This document shows positions 29,369 to 32,000 of a DNA stretch of 32,000 bases, piece by piece. Below the pieces are notes generated by a model that worked only from the letters and a program-made list of their open reading frames with translations, was not told where the DNA came from and did no database searches. Position 1 is the first letter of the stretch, and every line of letters begins with the position of its first letter. Position numbers and translations under genes: made by a program. This DNA is from Thermoproteota archaeon. Its GTDB lineage: Archaea; Korarchaeota; JAOZGF01; JAOZFZ01. Where the stretch lies: contig JAOZFT010000004.1 in NCBI GenBank assembly GCA_027492035.1, forward strand, positions 317,249-349,248, read 5' to 3'.

Positions 29369-29564
29369 CCCTCACCTTACCAACAAAACTTTCTACAAAG
29401 AAGGAAAAAAATGAAACAATTCCTTTCTGCAACACTAAACTTCCTTAAAAATTAAAAATAAACATAAAATTGAAAAATCATTTTTTTCTAAAATGTTAAA
29501 GAACTTCAAAAACTCTTTTTACGAACAGGTATTTTAACCTTTTCAAACGGTTGGCTGCAGAGAA

Positions 29565-30377
29565 ATGATGTGTTCAATCTGCAAAAGAAGAAAAGCTGAA
29601 ACAAAAATAAAATATTCAAACCTTCACTTATGTCCAGTTTGTTTCCGAAAACTTATCGAGAAAAGAGCTAGGGAAACAATCAATAAATCAGAAAAACTGG
29701 AAAGAACAGACAAAATAAAACTGCTTCTACACCCAACAAAAAAGGCGCAAGCCCTACTCCGCTTAATCACTCCAATAGAGAAAAGATACTATAGGCAGTT
29801 TCCTCAACAAAAAATAGGGCAGAAAATAAAAGTGGATTTCATTTTCTTCACCAACCTAAGAAAAACAGATGGTCTTACCCAGAAAAAGATTTTTAATGAA
29901 GTGAAAAATTTTTGTTTAAGTGAAGGGTTAGAAATAAATTTACATTACAAAAAGAAACCAGTAAACCGGAAGAGTTTAAGGAAAAAGGTTATGGAGGTAA
30001 GTGAAGAAATAACTAGGGGCCCTAAAGAAAAACTGATGCTTCCCATAAACTTAGACGATGTAATTACAGACTTCCTATACTCTGCCTTTACCAACTCGGA
30101 AGAACCCTTTAAAACAACACTTGAAACATTAAAAATGGAAAAAATCATTCATCCCATGTTGAAGATACCGGATGAAGAAATAGAGCAATACCTAAAAACA
30201 CTCAACATAGAAACAGGGAAAGAATTAGAAACAGACAAGTTAACACAGAAAATAAAGGACATAATAAATTATTTAGAGAAAGAAAAACCCGGAACAAAAT
30301 TTTTAACCCTGAAAACACTGCAAGAAACATTTCTAAACCAGGAAAAGGGAAGAAACAAGGGAAGTAACAAAGATTAA
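29565..30377 (+). CDS. TtuA/Ncs6-like (PP-loop ATPase family) protein with a degenerate active site
   Basis: N-terminal zinc finger CSICKRRKAE...YSNLHLCPVCF. Family-like blocks LPINLDDVITDFLYS, IHPMLKIPDEEIEQYL and LEKEKPGTKF. The PP-loop SGGxDS position reads LLLHPTKKAQ, and no central or C-terminal cysteines remain. Confidence 0.55.
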   Translation: MMCSICKRRKAETKIKYSNLHLCPVCFRKLIEKRARETINKSEKLERTDKIKLLLHPTKKAQALLRLITPIEKRYYRQFPQQKIGQKIKVDFIFFTNLRKTDGLTQKKIFNEVKNFCLSEGLEINLHYKKKPVNRKSLRKKVMEVSEEITRGPKEKLMLPINLDDVITDFLYSAFTNSEEPFKTTLETLKMEKIIHPMLKIPDEEIEQYLKTLNIETGKELETDKLTQKIKDIINYLEKEKPGTKFLTLKTLQETFLNQEKGRNKGSNKD

Positions 30378-30420
30378 ATGGAAAAAATTTATAAAAAGGG
30401 GAAGGAATGAATAGAAAAGG

Positions 30421-30746
30421 GTGGAGAGACAGGGGATAGGTAGGGGGCTCGGGGTCCCCTGAACCGTAAACCCTCGAAACGACGGGCCGAATGCTGCTGC
30501 GGTGAATCCTTCGCCTGTACAAAGCATCAGCTTAGGAGAAATGAAAACAGTCACCCTTGGGGGCAGCGGAGCTAACCCAGTTTCCGGAGGGAAACAAAAG
30601 GGTTAGTTGAGCTGAGGGGAAAAAGCCAGGCCTGGAAAGGAGCAACTTAAACCCTCTAACGCTGCCGCTCAAGGGAGAGGCTGCAGATCTCCAAGTTGAT
30701 GCCGAGTGCAGCTGAAGGTTTTGCTGCAGTAGAATCCCCTGCTCCA
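30421..30746 (+). ncRNA. Signal recognition particle RNA (archaeal 7S RNA)
   Basis: Helix-8 core CCAGGCCUGGAAAGGAGCAAC (30626-30646; compare AGGUCCGGAAGGAAGCAGC). Alu-domain-like GGGGGCUCGGGGUCCCCUGAACCGUAAACC (30443-30472). Closing helix: GGAG..CAGGGGAU (30423-30437) pairs with AUCCCCUG-CUCC (30734-30745). A GC-rich ~325-nt island. Confidence 0.8.
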
Positions 30747-30749
30747 AAA

Positions 30750-30834
30750 GCCGGGGTACTCCAGCCAGGTAGGAGGCGGGCCTGCTAAGCCCGTGGCTCT
30801 TGGAGCCTCGTGGGTTCAAATCCCACCCCCGGCG
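30750..30834 (+). tRNA. tRNA-Ser(GCU), class II, uninterrupted
   Basis: GCCGGGG-TA-CTCC..GGAG-G-CGGGC-CTGCTAA-GCCCG-TGGCTCTTGGAGCCTC-GTGGG-TTCAAAT-CCCAC-CCCCGGC-G. Confidence 0.9.
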
Positions 30835-31709
30835 TAAACTGCTTCTTAAAACCTAAACAATATGCATGTTCTATGAGACTTAACATTTCCTATTCTCTCC
30901 CCCTTTCTTTCTTCTGGTTTCGTTAGAATGTTTTCGGGAACATAACTTGGCTTTTGAAGTTCATTTATGGAAGCCCCATCTGTAAAGTCTTCCATTCATC
31001 CTTTTCAAGTATCTAATTTCCCTTCTAATTTTTTTTGAGATTTTCCAACATTATTATAGAACCTAGTTTCAAAGCTTCTTTAACACAAAAGCCACAACCT
31101 TACGGTAAATATACAAAATCCTATTTGTTTCCCTTCCACCATGCCTTAGACAGCAAATTTTTCCTCTTCTTTCCAACTTTAATTTCCCATTCCTTAATCC
31201 ACTTCCAAAGTGTTCTATCAATTGTTTCTCAAAATCAGACATAATACACATAAAGAGATAAACAATCTTATAAACTTAGTTATTTCAACATTCCAAAACT
31301 GCTGACTTACCCTGAAAAGACTGTTCTTAAAGGCAAAACCTTTCCTCCCCTAAAAAATGAAAAATTAACCTCTTTAAAGTTCCCTTTTTTCCTTTTGCTT
31401 TTCCTTTCGCAATTCATTAACTGACTTACCATGTTTCGTCAAAAAACTAATAATGAGCCTTTAAAACACAAAACCCCAGAAAGCCTCCACTTACTAAAAA
31501 AACATTTATTTTTCGCCGATTTAAACAATCCAAGTTTCTAAGGAACCAATCCACTTTAATCAGTAATTCTTTCTCCTTAAAAAACATTAAGAAACATTAA
31601 CAAACGACAAACTACTCCTTACCAAAAATATTACACAAAAAGAAATAATCGTTAAAAACAAAAAACAACAGCATAATTTAAAAAAGGAAAAGGGAAAAAC
31701 TACAGTCAA

Positions 31710-31741
31710 CTTTCCAAGGCCATAAATTTGGCTTTGGAAAG
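31710..31741 (+). promoter_or_regulatory. 13-bp stem / 6-nt loop hairpin in the probable 5' UTR of the S-layer gene
   Basis: CTTTCCAAGGCCA-TAAATT-TGGCTTTGGAAAG (12 Watson-Crick pairs plus 1 G-U). It ends 24 nt before the ATG. AAAGGTGG (SD-like) lies between the hairpin and the ATG. A TATA-like ATAATTTAAAAAA sits at ~31673-31686. Confidence 0.5.
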
Positions 31742-31765
31742 CCACTAAACAAAAAAGGTGGAAAC

Positions 31766-32000
31766 ATGAACAAAAAATTATTAGTTTTGATAAGTGCAGT
31801 AGTGTTGATGGTTTCAATTGCACCAGCAGCATTTGCACAGCCACCAATAAGTGAATTCCCGGCACCCTTCATCAAAAACGGTTCAATAGACTGGAACAAC
31901 GACGGAGTACCTGACATCTCCATAATAATTGGGGAAGGAGGAGACGCAGCAGACGTGATAGGAGCTTCAATGATAGCTGCAAAAATAGGAACCAACATGT
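31766..32000 (+). CDS. S-layer (surface layer) protein, N-terminal part (partial, runs off the window)
   Basis: ATG at 31766 gives MNKKLLVLISAVVLMVSIAPAAFA (signal peptide), then QPPISEFPAPFIKNGSIDWNNDGVPDISIIIGEGGDAADVIGASMIAAKIG. This resembles N-termini of Methanococcales-type S-layer proteins (..yP.PFv.dG.....ivvG..A...DvvgA..ia..l). Absent from the ORF track because no stop lies in the window. Confidence 0.6.
   Translation, partial: MNKKLLVLISAVVLMVSIAPAAFAQPPISEFPAPFIKNGSIDWNNDGVPDISIIIGEGGDAADVIGASMIAAKIGTNM

Noticed and set aside
30202-30819. Three minus-strand ORFs (73-106 aa)
   Set aside because: They overlap the 3' end of the TtuA-like gene antisense and then the GC-rich SRP RNA and tRNA-Ser. 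No coding features.
31035-31251. Overlapping 69-aa (+) and 60-aa (-) ORFs downstream of tRNA-Ser, considered as a possible integrase/transposase remnant
   Set aside because: No recognisable catalytic or HTH motif. Neighbouring frames are broken by frequent stops, and I found no repeat of the tRNA-Ser 3' end (att-like) in the window. At most it is a decayed fragment.
31587-31998. Two minus-strand ORFs (92 and 106 aa)
   Set aside because: They are antisense to the much more convincing S-layer signal peptide and N-terminal domain on the plus strand, and to the AT-rich leader.

Overview
Archaeal chromosomal segment. Protein-coding DNA is visibly AT-rich while the stable RNAs are strongly GC-rich, the usual signature of a thermophile. 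PolD, Orc1/Cdc6, PriS/PriL, archaeal DnaG and aRF1 are present. Left end: a minus-strand rRNA operon, 16S (3712-5201) then 23S (~442-3533), each bracketed by a long processing helix, with no spacer tRNA. A ~300-nt RNA that I read as RNase P RNA (122-420) sits directly against the 23S processing stem. Next is a ~1.3 kb AT-rich non-coding region with an ORB-like dyad beside orc1/cdc6 (candidate oriC). After that: PolD small subunit, a Cgi121-like gene, pyrH, aRF1, and a glycosylation cluster (DUF354 plus two divergent GlcNAc-1-P-transferase paralogs). A tightly packed minus-strand replication/translation array follows: OB-fold protein, PCNA, PriL, PriS, GINS, L44e, S27e, aIF2-alpha, Nop10, tRNA-Thr. 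Then an unlinked 5S rRNA, a DUF1512-like gene with a Zn-ribbon membrane protein, methionine aminopeptidase, small Toprim protein plus DnaG, Pelota, a radical SAM gene divergent from a degenerate TtuA/Ncs6-like gene, SRP RNA followed 4 nt later by tRNA-Ser, and the 5' end of an S-layer gene. The most unusual content is RNA-level. 8 of the 9 tRNA genes carry extra sequence, 12 insertions in total by hand parsing. These include a triple-intron tRNA-Met, a tRNA-Thr(CGU) whose anticodon loop is flanked by two insertions, T-loop 59/60 introns, and very short purine-rich inserts at 38/39. The second unusual feature is the apparent 16S-23S-RNase P RNA arrangement. No CRISPR array, transposon or obvious defence system was seen. 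All calls come from manual reading, so boundaries of RNA genes and introns are approximate. Several genes appear to use TTG or GTG starts.
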